DNA from: Candidatus Binatus sp.
GTDB taxonomy: Bacteria > Desulfobacterota > Binatia > Binatales > Binataceae
Length of the DNA: 64,000 bases
Reading direction: 5' to 3'
Assembly (NCBI RefSeq): GCF_050013435.1
Contig: NZ_JBEKFG010000005.1
Span: 12,609 to 76,608, forward strand
A model generated the notes under the pieces. The model was given only the letters and a program-made list of their open reading frames with translations. It did no database searches and was not told the DNA's origin. The position numbers and the translations under genes are program-made. How positions within the stretch are numbered: position 1 is the stretch's first letter; the number at the start of each line of letters is the position of its first letter. Below are positions 9,591-18,758 of the stretch, piece after piece.

Positions 9591-10022
9591 TCAGGCGTCC
9601 GCAATCAGCCTCAAGCCCAGCATCGCCGCGGCGCCGCTGAGCGCATCGTCGAAGCAGGCGAAGCTGACCGACGATCGAATCGCCGCCTGGAGCAAATCGG
9701 CCGTTGCAAGGTGCAACGCGTCGTAGGCGCGCAAGCGATATTGTTCCGCCAGATCCCCCGCACGGCGGATCGTCGTGGCGTCGACCGGTAACCGATTGAG
9801 CCGGGTCCAGTCGCGCTCGAATTCGCGCTTGTGCCGCCGCAAGGCAGCGTCGTCGATGTCAGCCAGGCGATGCTTTCGCGCCAACGCCGACCTGGTCTCG
9901 ACATATGCGACGAGGCTTGTCGCAACCAGATCCGCCCGAGCCACCGCCTCCTTCACCTCGGTACTGCCCAGCTCTCGCGCGTAGAGCTTCACGAGAGCGG
10001 AGGTGTCCAGGTAGAGGATCAC
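9591..10022 (-). CDS. vapC: PIN-domain type II toxin
   Basis: 143 aa with the N-terminal MILYLDTSALVKL acidic PIN signature. Overlaps the upstream antitoxin gene by 4 nt. Confidence 0.85.
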   Translation of the reverse strand: MILYLDTSALVKLYARELGSTEVKEAVARADLVATSLVAYVETRSALARKHRLADIDDAALRRHKREFERDWTRLNRLPVDATTIRRAGDLAEQYRLRAYDALHLATADLLQAAIRSSVSFACFDDALSGAAAMLGLRLIADA

Positions 10023-10309
10023 CTCCGCTCCTGGAGCACCAACTCAGCAACCGCTTTCTGGCCTCGGCCGATAATGATTGGACGCGACGACCCACGAGGC
10101 TTGCCATCCCTGGCCGCGAGCATGCCCGGGATCCGCTTCAGACGCCGCTGGAGTTCCGAGGCGGCCGGCTCCGGGCTGGCCGCCGTAGCCAGCGCCAGCA
10201 ACCGCGCAATGGGCCGGCCACGCGAGGTAATTATCACATCCTCGCCGTTGTCGGCCTTCTGCAGGTACATAGATAGCCGCGCCTTGAACTCGCGCACTGA
10301 TGCTTTCAT
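10019..10309 (-). CDS. Phd/YefM-type antitoxin
   Basis: 96 aa. MKASVREFKARLSMYLQKADNGEDVIITSRGRPIARL is typical of Phd/YefM. Translationally coupled to the PIN toxin. Confidence 0.8.
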   Translation of the reverse strand: MKASVREFKARLSMYLQKADNGEDVIITSRGRPIARLLALATAASPEPAASELQRRLKRIPGMLAARDGKPRGSSRPIIIGRGQKAVAELVLQERR

Positions 10310-10311
10310 GA

Positions 10312-10335
10312 GACCACATTATAGACAATGTGGTC
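10312..10335 (-). promoter_or_regulatory. candidate vapBC promoter/operator
   Basis: 9-bp inverted repeat gaccacatt-N6-aatgtggtc. A perfect minus-strand TATAAT (10318..10323) overlaps the left arm and spacer of this repeat and lies only 8 nt from the ATG. Confidence 0.55.
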
Positions 10336-10369
10336 ACATCGCGCTATGGCGAAGGGCGATCTCCGGAGT

Positions 10370-10909
10370 TTACTTCCGGACCGGGCGCAGAATTTTTTGC
10401 AGCCATTCGCCGCCGATCGCGCCGGTCATCGACGACCTTGCGCCACCCGGCGCCACCGGCTCAGGGGTGGCGCGGTGGCCGGTAATCTCCACGATGTGAA
10501 TGCGGTAGAAGAACGCCGCCAGCGGGCGTTCTGTGTCGTGCAGTATCGTTTTCGCGTAACCAGGCTCCCACCAGATGGCGTTGCGTTCCAGCAGTTTTTT
10601 GCGGGCGTATTCGCGGGCGCCGCGCCATTCGGGGATATTTGGCAGTTCCTCGTAGCGGCCGAAGACGATCACGCTCACCCACTGCTGCGGACTTACCACC
10701 TCGTCTGCTTCGACGCAGACCTTGGGGTTGGCGCGCATCCACTCGATCTTTTGCCCGACGGTGGAGAAGCTGTATAGGTACTCATTGTCGTAGGCGAAAT
10801 AGACCGGCACAACGTATGGCTGAGTCTTTTGGGCGCACGCCAGTCTGCCGAGATGCGCACGGGCCAGCAGGTCCAGACTCTCCTGCCTGCTCAGTTCCTG
10901 GATCAGCAT
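10370..10909 (-). CDS. pyridoxamine 5-phosphate oxidase-family FMN-binding protein
   Basis: Start at MLIQELSRQESLDLL. Split-barrel pattern LGRLACAQKTQPYVVPVYFAYDNEYLYSFS. Confidence 0.7.
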   Translation of the reverse strand: MLIQELSRQESLDLLARAHLGRLACAQKTQPYVVPVYFAYDNEYLYSFSTVGQKIEWMRANPKVCVEADEVVSPQQWVSVIVFGRYEELPNIPEWRGAREYARKKLLERNAIWWEPGYAKTILHDTERPLAAFFYRIHIVEITGHRATPEPVAPGGARSSMTGAIGGEWLQKILRPVRK

Positions 10910-11210
10910 GACTATGACTCTCCGGCGCCATCCGCTATGAGGCGGCATTTATTTGCGCTGCTGGCGAATAAGAATACACATACAATTGGTTCACTACTCG
11001 TGCCACGGGAGATTGGTAACCTGCCGAACATTTTCATCAAAAATCGGGCGCGCACCGCGTTGCAGACCGTTTGCGTCAGCGTCGAGGCGCTGACGTGTAT
11101 CCGACCGCGCCAATTGACTGCCGCTGAGAAGCCAACTTATTTGGCAGGCGGATTGCAATAGTAAGAAAGTTCGAAAAGACGATCAGGTTGCATTGAAAGG
11201 GGCGATAAAA

Positions 11211-13712
11211 ATGCCAGCCGCGGCCGCCGACCCGCTCGGCGGCCTGAGTCACGACGAGGCGGCGCGGCGCCTGAAGCGGTACGGGCCTAACCGCCTGGTG
11301 CGCGCATCGCGCGGCGCCGCAATCCTGGCGTTTCTCAGAACCGCCGCGGACCCGATGGCATTAATGCTGGCCGCGGCCGGCGCGGTTTACTACGCGCTGG
11401 GCGAGCGGACCGACGCGTACGTCCTGTTCGCAGCGATCGTTCCGGTGCTTGCCGTCGATGTAATCCTCGAGGCGCGATCGCGCACCGCTCTCAAGAAGCT
11501 TGCGGGCGTCGTCGCGCCGCGGGCGCGAGTGGTTCGCAGCGGTGTCCAGACCGAGGCTGCGACCGCGGACCTTGTCCCCGGCGATCTGCTGGCGCTGAAA
11601 GAGGGCGACATCGTTCACGCCGATGCGGTTGTGCGTTCGAGTTCCAATCTCGCGCTCGACGAATCGCAGCTCACCGGCGAAGCGGAACCCGTTTCGAAGC
11701 GGCCGTGCGAAACACCCGGAGCCATGCCGGATGCCGCGGAGGACAGCCGCGTGTATGCGGGCTCGCGCGTGCTCGAGGGCCAGGGGTTTGCCGAGGTAAC
11801 GGCGACCGGGGAGCGCACCCGCTATGGCGACCTGGCGCGCCTGGTCGCGGAGGTCGGCCCGCGTCCTACCCCGCTTGAGCGCAAGACCGGGCGCATGGTG
11901 CGCTGGATGGTCGGCGTGGCGATTACCGTTTCGGCGCTGCTGTTTGTCGTGCGCATGCTCGGCGGCGCGCCGGCGGGCAAGGCGTTTCTGTATGCGGTCA
12001 GCCTCGCGATGTCCGCCGTTGGCGAAGAGTTCCTGCTGGTGCTGACGATGTTCCTGAGTATCGGAGCGTATCGCCTTAGCCAGCACGGAGTCCTGGTGCG
12101 CCGCCTGGCCAGCGTCGAGACGCTCGGCTCAACCACCGTCATCTGCCTCGACAAGACCGGCACTCTGACGGCCGGCGAGTTCGTGCTCGAGGAGCATCTG
12201 CCGCTGGGGCCGGAGATGCCGGAGGACGCGTTGCTCGAGGCGGCCGCGCTCGCCTGCGAGCCTCAAGCCGCCGACACGATGGAGAGAAAGATTCTCGCCC
12301 ATTGCACGGAGCACGGGATCAACGTCGATGCGCTTCACTCGCGATGGCATCTGGAGCACGACTACGCGTTCGACCCGGTCGGCAAACACATGTCGCACGT
12401 CTGGAGCAGCGGCGACGGCGCCGGGGGCGCACAGCGAATCGTGGCGAAGGGCGCGCTGGAAGGGATAATCGAGCATTGCGATCTGTCGCAGGCGGATTTC
12501 GCTCGCGCCGAGAGCGCCAATGCCGAGATGGCGGGGCGCGGAATGCGCGTGCTTGCCGTGGCCGGCCGCGATGCGCGGCCGGGCGGATTCAACGGCGTGC
12601 GCGGGTCGGACGAGCGCGGGCTTCGTCTGTTCGGGCTGCTCGGGTTTCGCGATCCGCTGAGAGCCGCGGTTCCCGACGCGGTCGCGCAATGCCAGCGCGC
12701 CGGGGTGGAACTCAAGCTGATTACCGGCGACCACGCGCTCACCGCGCACGCAATCGCCGACGCCGCCGGAATCGCGCACAGCGACGACGGCATCGTCACC
12801 GGCGCGCAACTCGACAGCGTTGACCAGCCGGCCTTCGAAGGGCTGGTTCGCCGCTGCAGCATCTTCGCGCGCATCCGCCCCGAACAAAAATATGCGATCG
12901 TCGAGGCGCTGAGGCGCGCGGGCGAAGTCGTCGCGATGACCGGCGACGGGATAAACGACGCGCCGGCGCTGCGCCGGGCGGACATTGGCGTGGCGATGGG
13001 CCGGCGCGGAACGGAGGTCGCACGCGCGGCTGCGGACATCGTGCTGCTCGAGGACGATTTCTCCGCGATGGTCGCAACGATTCGCGAAGGCCGGATTTTG
13101 CTCGACAACATTCAGCGCGCCTTCCTTTACCTGGTCGGCTTCAAGGTGATGCTGGTATCGCTCACGCTGTTGGCGCCGGTCTTCGGCCTGCCGCTGCTGC
13201 TATTGCCGGTGAATTTGGTGTGGCTCGAGATGATCGTACACCCGGTCTCCGCGCTCGCTTTCGAGGGCGAGCCCGCCGTCGATGACGTGATGCGGCGGCC
13301 GCCGCGTCCTCCCTCAGCGCCGATCGTCGAGCGACCCGCCGCTTACCGTGCGGCTTTATCCGGGGCGCTGCTGACGGTGATGGCGCTTGCGCTCTTCGCG
13401 CTTCGACTCCGCGACGGCGAGAACTACGCCCGCAGCGTCGCGATGGTCGTCGCCGTGGTGGGGAGCCTGTTTCTGGTCTGGGCGGAGTACGCAGGGACCC
13501 GTCGATGGTGGCGGGTTCGCGCGCCGGAGCAGCGGCGATTCTGGCTTGTGATCTTTGCCGTAGCCGCCAGTCTGCCGGCATTCATGCTGACGCCGCCGCT
13601 GGCTAAGCTGCTGATGATCCGCCCGATTGCTCCCGCCGATTGGGGGATCGCAATATTGGCGGCGGCGATCGCCGTCGGTTGGCGCGCGTTCGGCACCCGC
13701 AGCGTCAGATAG
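11211..13712 (+). CDS. cation-transporting P-type ATPase (P2/P3-like)
   Basis: Phosphorylation motif CLDKTGTLT, hinge MTGDGINDAPAL and a TGE-type actuator motif (LTGEAEP). About 10 TM helices. ATG at 11211 is preceded by aaagggg; a TTG at 11193 is also possible. Confidence 0.9.
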   Translation: MPAAAADPLGGLSHDEAARRLKRYGPNRLVRASRGAAILAFLRTAADPMALMLAAAGAVYYALGERTDAYVLFAAIVPVLAVDVILEARSRTALKKLAGVVAPRARVVRSGVQTEAATADLVPGDLLALKEGDIVHADAVVRSSSNLALDESQLTGEAEPVSKRPCETPGAMPDAAEDSRVYAGSRVLEGQGFAEVTATGERTRYGDLARLVAEVGPRPTPLERKTGRMVRWMVGVAITVSALLFVVRMLGGAPAGKAFLYAVSLAMSAVGEEFLLVLTMFLSIGAYRLSQHGVLVRRLASVETLGSTTVICLDKTGTLTAGEFVLEEHLPLGPEMPEDALLEAAALACEPQAADTMERKILAHCTEHGINVDALHSRWHLEHDYAFDPVGKHMSHVWSSGDGAGGAQRIVAKGALEGIIEHCDLSQADFARAESANAEMAGRGMRVLAVAGRDARPGGFNGVRGSDERGLRLFGLLGFRDPLRAAVPDAVAQCQRAGVELKLITGDHALTAHAIADAAGIAHSDDGIVTGAQLDSVDQPAFEGLVRRCSIFARIRPEQKYAIVEALRRAGEVVAMTGDGINDAPALRRADIGVAMGRRGTEVARAAADIVLLEDDFSAMVATIREGRILLDNIQRAFLYLVGFKVMLVSLTLLAPVFGLPLLLLPVNLVWLEMIVHPVSALAFEGEPAVDDVMRRPPRPPSAPIVERPAAYRAALSGALLTVMALALFALRLRDGENYARSVAMVVAVVGSLFLVWAEYAGTRRWWRVRAPEQRRFWLVIFAVAASLPAFMLTPPLAKLLMIRPIAPADWGIAILAAAIAVGWRAFGTRSVR
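13643..13708 (+). repeat. 66-bp direct repeat, copy 1 (last 22 codons of the ATPase)
   Basis: 64/66 identical to 16505..16570. Confidence 0.9.
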
Positions 13713-13902
13713 GTTTTGTCGATCACGTCTGTGACCGGGCATTGTCGCCATGCGCTAACCGAGACATCGCCGCATCATCCTTTCTAGCCGGTCGCATTCG
13801 ATCCTTTGCATTCAGGCGGAGTACAATTGCCCAATGCCATGCTCACTTGGGCCGCAACTGGCTGGCGATGCGCAACTCTGCCGAACCTGAAGAGCTTCTC
13901 GA

Positions 13903-15216
13903 ATGACGCGACGACCGCCGCGCGCCACAGTGTCCGAAGCGGACGATAGGCCAACTATCGTTACTCGCGACTCGGACCCGGACAGGCGGCCCTCCGCGCG
14001 GAGCTTGCGCGGACTCGACTGGCTCAACTTCCTGCTCGCCGACGTGCAAAGCGGTGTGGGGCCGTTCCTCGCGATCTACCTTGCCGGCTATGGCTGGAAC
14101 GAGCAGCGCGTGGGCCTTGCACTCACGATTGGAGGAATCGCCGGTATCGCATCGCAAACACCGGCCGGCGCTTTGGTGGACCGGCTCAAGTCCAAAAGAG
14201 CGCTGATTGCGGCGGGAGTGGCCGCCTTGGCTATCGGCGCTCTCTTCATTGCGTTCTTTCCGTCGTTCTGGCCGGTGGTGACAGCGCAAGTGCTTATCGG
14301 CGCAATGTCCAGTTTCTTCATGCCTGCCATCGCCGCAATCTCTCTTGGGATTGTGGGACATAGACTCTTCAATCTCCGCCAAGGACGAAACCAGGCATTC
14401 AATTCGGCCGGCAACGTGGTCGCCGCCCTAATGATGGGGCTGATCGGTTATTTCATTTCGAACCGCGGCGTCTTTTTCTTTGTCGCGGTTCTCGCAGTCC
14501 CGACGATCCTGTCGCTGTTGCTCATCCGCCCCGACGAGATCGACTACGAACTGGCCAGGGGAGCCAGGGACGGCGAGGATGATCGAAATCCGGCAAGTGT
14601 CCTGGAACTGATCGAGGATCACCCGCTGATGATCTTCCTGTGCTGCGCGGTCATGTTTCATTTCGCCAACGCAGCGATGCTTCCGCTGCTCGGCGAGATG
14701 CTGGCGAAAGGCAAGGGTCGCACTTCGATGATGTTCATGTCCGCCTGTGTCGTGACAACGCAGTTCACGATCACACTGCTCGCGGCACGGGCAGGCCGGA
14801 GTGCGGGCTCATGGGGCAGAAAGCCCCTGCTGCTCGTAGGATTCGGAGTGCTGCCGATCCGCGGCGTCCTTTACACCCTCACCCACAACCTCTACCTGCT
14901 GGTCGGCATCCAGGTGCTCGACGGCATCGGCGCCGGCATTTTCGGCGTCGTTTCCGTATTGGTGATCGCCGACCTGACGCGTGGCACCGGGCGGTTTAAT
15001 CTTACGCTCGGCGCGATCGCAACGGCCGTGGGAATCGGCGCGGCTCTAAGTCAAACGATCGCCGGATCTATTGTTCACCACTTCAGTGACCGAGCCGGGT
15101 TTCTGTTCCTGGCCTCCGTGGCGGCGGCGGCCTTTGCGATCCTGTGGCTCTTCATGCCCGAAACCCTTGACTGGAAAGCCGGCGCTCACGCGCCGACGTC
15201 GGTGGCGAAGCGTTGA
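13903..15216 (+). CDS. MFS transporter
   Basis: 437 aa, about 12 hydrophobic helices with a central loop. Charged N-terminal extension. Confidence 0.8.
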   Translation: MTRRPPRATVSEADDRPTIVTRDSDPDRRPSARSLRGLDWLNFLLADVQSGVGPFLAIYLAGYGWNEQRVGLALTIGGIAGIASQTPAGALVDRLKSKRALIAAGVAALAIGALFIAFFPSFWPVVTAQVLIGAMSSFFMPAIAAISLGIVGHRLFNLRQGRNQAFNSAGNVVAALMMGLIGYFISNRGVFFFVAVLAVPTILSLLLIRPDEIDYELARGARDGEDDRNPASVLELIEDHPLMIFLCCAVMFHFANAAMLPLLGEMLAKGKGRTSMMFMSACVVTTQFTITLLAARAGRSAGSWGRKPLLLVGFGVLPIRGVLYTLTHNLYLLVGIQVLDGIGAGIFGVVSVLVIADLTRGTGRFNLTLGAIATAVGIGAALSQTIAGSIVHHFSDRAGFLFLASVAAAAFAILWLFMPETLDWKAGAHAPTSVAKR

Positions 15217-16481
15217 CGATTGCCAATGACACTATCTGGGCAATCGCCGCGCTGAGCACCCTTGGTGTGATCGTCCGCCCTTGGAACCTGCCCGAGGCGA
15301 CCTGGGCTGTGACCGGCGCGGTCATGCTGATCGTGTTCGGTCTGCTGCCATGGAGCGACGCGCTGAAAGCGGTCGCCAAGGGGACCGATGTGTACCTGTT
15401 TCTGAGCGGCATGATGCTGCTGGCGGAGTTGGCGCGCAAAGAGGGTTTGTTTGACTTTCTGGCCGGGCGAGCCGCTCGCTTGGCGGGCGGCTCCGCGGCG
15501 AAGCTGTTCGCGCTGGTTTATGGCGTCGGCACAGTAGTTACAGTTTTTATGTCGAACGACGCTACTGCGGTCGTCCTCACGCCAGCCGTGTTCGCCGCGA
15601 CCAAGGCCGCCAAGGTGAAGGACCCGCTGCCCTACCTGTTGATCTGCGCGTTTATAGCAAACGCGGCAAGCTTCGTCCTGCCGATCTCAAATCCAGCCAA
15701 CCTGATCATCTTCCGCGACCACATGCCGCCGCTGCTGCAATGGCTCGGGCGATTCGCGTTGCCATCGATCCTGTCGATCGCGGTTACCTATGCTGTCCTG
15801 CGGTTCACGCAGAGCGATTCGCTGCGGCAGGAGGTAATGGCCGCTGAGGTCGATGTACCTGGCCTGTCCAGCGGCGGCCGCATGACCGCTTGTGGCATCG
15901 TGGGCACGGGAATCGTGCTGCTGCTTGTCTCCGGCTTCGGCGTTGACCTTGGACTGCCGACATTTGTGGCCGCAGTCGCGACTGCCGCCGTAGTGCTTTT
16001 TCTAAAGCGCCAGTCACCGTGGAGTGTGATGAAGGACGCTTCCTGGGAAATCTTGCCGCTGGTGGCCGGTCTGTTCGTGCTGGTAGAGGCGCTTGATCGC
16101 AGCGGCGTGCTCAAAGCGCTCATTCATATTCTGCAGATAGGAGCAGATCGCTCTGCGATGGTGACGACTTGGATAGCGGGCGTGACTCTGGCCCTGATTT
16201 GCAACCTGGTCAACAACCTGCCGGCCGGTCTGCTGGCAGGCTCGGTTGTGTCTGCTGCGCATGTACCGCGGCAGGTCGCCAGCGCAGTGCTCATCGGGGT
16301 GGACCTCGGACCGAATTTGTCAGTTACCGGATCGCTGGCAACCATCCTGTGGCTGTCCGCGCTGCGGCGGGAAAATCAGAATGTGAGCGCCTGGAGTTTT
16401 CTGAAACTCGGTGCGTTGGTGATGCCGCCGGCTTTGATTCTCGCGATTGCGGGACTGCTGGTCACCGGCTCCGTTCGCTAG
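15213..16481 (+). CDS. ArsB/NhaD-superfamily permease
   Basis: 422 aa polytopic protein resembling arsenical-pump/citrate-transporter family permeases. TTG start overlaps the MFS stop codon. Confidence 0.7.
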   Translation: MTIANDTIWAIAALSTLGVIVRPWNLPEATWAVTGAVMLIVFGLLPWSDALKAVAKGTDVYLFLSGMMLLAELARKEGLFDFLAGRAARLAGGSAAKLFALVYGVGTVVTVFMSNDATAVVLTPAVFAATKAAKVKDPLPYLLICAFIANAASFVLPISNPANLIIFRDHMPPLLQWLGRFALPSILSIAVTYAVLRFTQSDSLRQEVMAAEVDVPGLSSGGRMTACGIVGTGIVLLLVSGFGVDLGLPTFVAAVATAAVVLFLKRQSPWSVMKDASWEILPLVAGLFVLVEALDRSGVLKALIHILQIGADRSAMVTTWIAGVTLALICNLVNNLPAGLLAGSVVSAAHVPRQVASAVLIGVDLGPNLSVTGSLATILWLSALRRENQNVSAWSFLKLGALVMPPALILAIAGLLVTGSVR

Positions 16482-16504
16482 TCCGTCCAGCGCCGAAACC
16501 TTTC

Positions 16505-16570
16505 GGGGATCGCAATATTGGCGGCGGCGATCGCCGTCGGTTGGCGCGCGTTCGGCACGCGCGGCGTCAG
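16505..16570 (+). repeat. 66-bp direct repeat, copy 2 (orphan ATPase 3-prime end)
   Basis: Same frame reads GIAILAAAIAVGWRAFGTRGVS with no stop. Overlaps the stop codon of the convergent acyl-CoA dehydrogenase. Confidence 0.9.
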
Positions 16571-17799
16571 CCCTTCGGCAAGCCCAGCACGCGCTCACCG
16601 ATGATGTTGCGCTGGATTTCGCTGGTGCCGCCCGCGATCGTAAACTCCCGCGCGGCGAGTATCCGGCTGGCCCATTTGCCACCTTCGACGGCTCCACGCG
16701 ACCCGCTCTCCAGATTCGCGTAAGCACCGAGCATCTCGTCGGCGAACATCGCCATGCGCAGGCTGAGTTCCGTCGCGCACAGTTTCCCGATCGAACTCTC
16801 CGCGCCGGGCACTCGCCCCTTGAGCTGTGCGGTCATCGCGCGATAACGGCCGAGCCGGATACATCGCGCCTCCGCGGCAAATTGCGCGAGCTTCTGGCGG
16901 ATGTACGGGTTGCTCCACGCGGGCACGGCGTCAAAAGCCACGGTCTTCGCCAGCGCGATCAATTCGCCCATCGTGCGTTCCACCGGATGACGCACTCCGC
17001 CCGACGCCCGCTGAAACATCAGCGTTGCGATCGACACTTGCCACCCTTCGTTCAGCTTGCCGACCATGTTCTGCTTCGGCACTCGCACGCCGTCGTAAAA
17101 GACCTCGTTGAATCCCATCTCGCCGGTGATCTGCATGAGCGGCCGGATCGTGATTCCCGGACTGCGCAGATCAACCAGCAGATACGAAATTCCTCGATGC
17201 TTGGGCGCGGCCGGATCGGTGCGGACCAGCAGTACCTGGTAAGCCGCGCGATGCGCGTTGCTGGTCCATACCTTCTCGCCGGTGACCACGAACGAGTCGC
17301 CGTCGAGCACCGCGCGGGTCTGAAGTCCCGCCAGATCGGAACCTGCGTTAGGTTCCGAGTATCCCTGGCACCAGATTTCTTCGCCCGTGAGCATCGGCGC
17401 CAGGTAGCGTTTTTTTTGCTCCTCGGTGCCGAGCAGCATTATCGTCGGGCCGATCCGATCGACCGCGAAATTGTTCGCGCCGTACAGCGGCAGCCCGAGC
17501 CGCAAAGCCTCGTCCTGGTAAATCGATTGCTCGACCACCCCGGCTTCGCTCCCGCCCCAATTCTTCGGCCAGTGAAGCGCGAGATACCCGGCGTCGTGCA
17601 ACCGCCGATGGTACGTGAGGATCTTCTGCCAGAGTTCGTCGTCGCGGCTGTAGAGCAGGCTCTCGATTGTTACGCTTGGCGACTCGACCAGATCGCCAAA
17701 TAGTTCCGACGCCGTCGCCTCCATCCATGCGCGCAGCCGGCTGCGGAATTGCTCCTGCTCTGGTGTGTAGTCGAAGTCCACCGAACTAGACGTTTGCAA
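16567..17799 (-). CDS. acyl-CoA dehydrogenase
   Basis: 410 aa. C-terminal FTIAGGTSEIQRNIIGERVLGLPK signature plus a YSEPNAGSDLAG mid-domain motif. Confidence 0.9.
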   Translation of the reverse strand: MQTSSSVDFDYTPEQEQFRSRLRAWMEATASELFGDLVESPSVTIESLLYSRDDELWQKILTYHRRLHDAGYLALHWPKNWGGSEAGVVEQSIYQDEALRLGLPLYGANNFAVDRIGPTIMLLGTEEQKKRYLAPMLTGEEIWCQGYSEPNAGSDLAGLQTRAVLDGDSFVVTGEKVWTSNAHRAAYQVLLVRTDPAAPKHRGISYLLVDLRSPGITIRPLMQITGEMGFNEVFYDGVRVPKQNMVGKLNEGWQVSIATLMFQRASGGVRHPVERTMGELIALAKTVAFDAVPAWSNPYIRQKLAQFAAEARCIRLGRYRAMTAQLKGRVPGAESSIGKLCATELSLRMAMFADEMLGAYANLESGSRGAVEGGKWASRILAAREFTIAGGTSEIQRNIIGERVLGLPKG

Positions 17800-17825
17800 G
17801 CCGCCTGCCGGCAGCTGGTCCTGCG

Positions 17826-18335
17826 CTACGCGAACAACATTCTTCTGAGCGCCGGGAACAGGCGCATTTCCTCGCTATCGATCAAATCGTCGAGCTTCAC
17901 CGCCAGCACACATAGAGCTTTGCCGGCCACGGCCACAACTTTATCCGCATCTTTCTCGAACGACACTCCGTTAAGCTTGGCTATCAGCGAGCGCATTTCG
18001 AGGTGGCTCTGCTTGATTCGCTCGATCACCTCGGGAGCAAGGCCGCCGGCAAGTTCCGCCCACGGCAGCACTGTTTCATCTTCGCTCAACAGATGCTGAT
18101 TGAGTCGCGGCTTGAGAGTTTCCCAACAGCGCTGCGCCTGCGCACGCATCTCGCGATCCGACGGCTTGAAGCCCAAAATGGCGCCTGCCACTGCCGCGTC
18201 CAGCAGCCGCATCCCCAGCCGGTATTGTTCACGGTCCAGTTCTTCCGTGAGTTTTCTGATCTGGCCCGTGCCGGGGGCCTTTTCGGCCCCGATCGCTAAT
18301 GGCTTCTTGGCGGTAGTCATATTCATCGTCCTCAC
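17826..18335 (-). CDS. hemerythrin-like (HHE cation-binding) domain protein, tentative
   Basis: 169 aa all-helical protein with spaced His/Glu residues (NQHLLSEDE, KQSHLEM, EEMRLFP). Weak recognition only. Confidence 0.45.
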   Translation of the reverse strand: MRTMNMTTAKKPLAIGAEKAPGTGQIRKLTEELDREQYRLGMRLLDAAVAGAILGFKPSDREMRAQAQRCWETLKPRLNQHLLSEDETVLPWAELAGGLAPEVIERIKQSHLEMRSLIAKLNGVSFEKDADKVVAVAGKALCVLAVKLDDLIDSEEMRLFPALRRMLFA

Positions 18336-18698
18336 GATTGCAAACTGACTCTAGCAGGATGTTGAAAATTTGGGATCAGTCGTCGTTTTCGATTTCAAGC
18401 TTTTCAACACCCACCCCTGCCTGCCGTTGTATCCGTTGAACACACAGCCTGTTTCCCTTGGCGACACTACCGGATCAAATCGACGGATTTCACGATTTCG
18501 ATATCGAGACGAAACAGCGTCGACATTTCGTGCTTTCGACTGAAATAAGCAAAGATCTAGTTCCGCATAACCAAGCGCATAAGGCCGTCTCATCATTGAT
18601 CGCAGCGATACTTGCGGCCATCCGATCATTTATGCCAGAAGTTCCCGGAGATATTGGCCGATGGGCCGTGATGTTCAGCAGGGGACGGCTGATCTTCT

Positions 18699-18714
18699 GG
18701 GCACAAATGTTGCT
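18699..18714 (+). promoter_or_regulatory. sigma-54 (-24/-12) promoter candidate upstream of the porin-cytochrome cluster
   Basis: gGGCACaaatgTTGCt matches TGGCAC-N5-TTGCW in both conserved blocks with correct spacing. The GC dinucleotide lies 46 nt before the ATG at 18759. Confidence 0.65.
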
Positions 18715-18758
18715 CCGCGACGAATGCGCCGACTACTTGGGCGCCGATTGGAGGAATT

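Noticed and set aside
11075-11096. 8-bp stem hairpin cgtcagcg-tcgagg-cgctgacg upstream of the P-type ATPase, considered as a riboswitch or M-box fragment
   Set aside because: It is an isolated stem with no further conserved riboswitch architecture that I can recognise, and it has no U-tract.
16447-17703. 418-aa plus-strand ORF, plus similar long shadow ORFs at 20983..22149, 24610..25605, 45419..46600, 45601..46635, 61403..62485 and 63342..63908
   Set aside because: All are antisense or out of frame to genes with strong family motifs. All have the Arg/Ala/Gly/Pro-heavy composition expected of high-GC noise.
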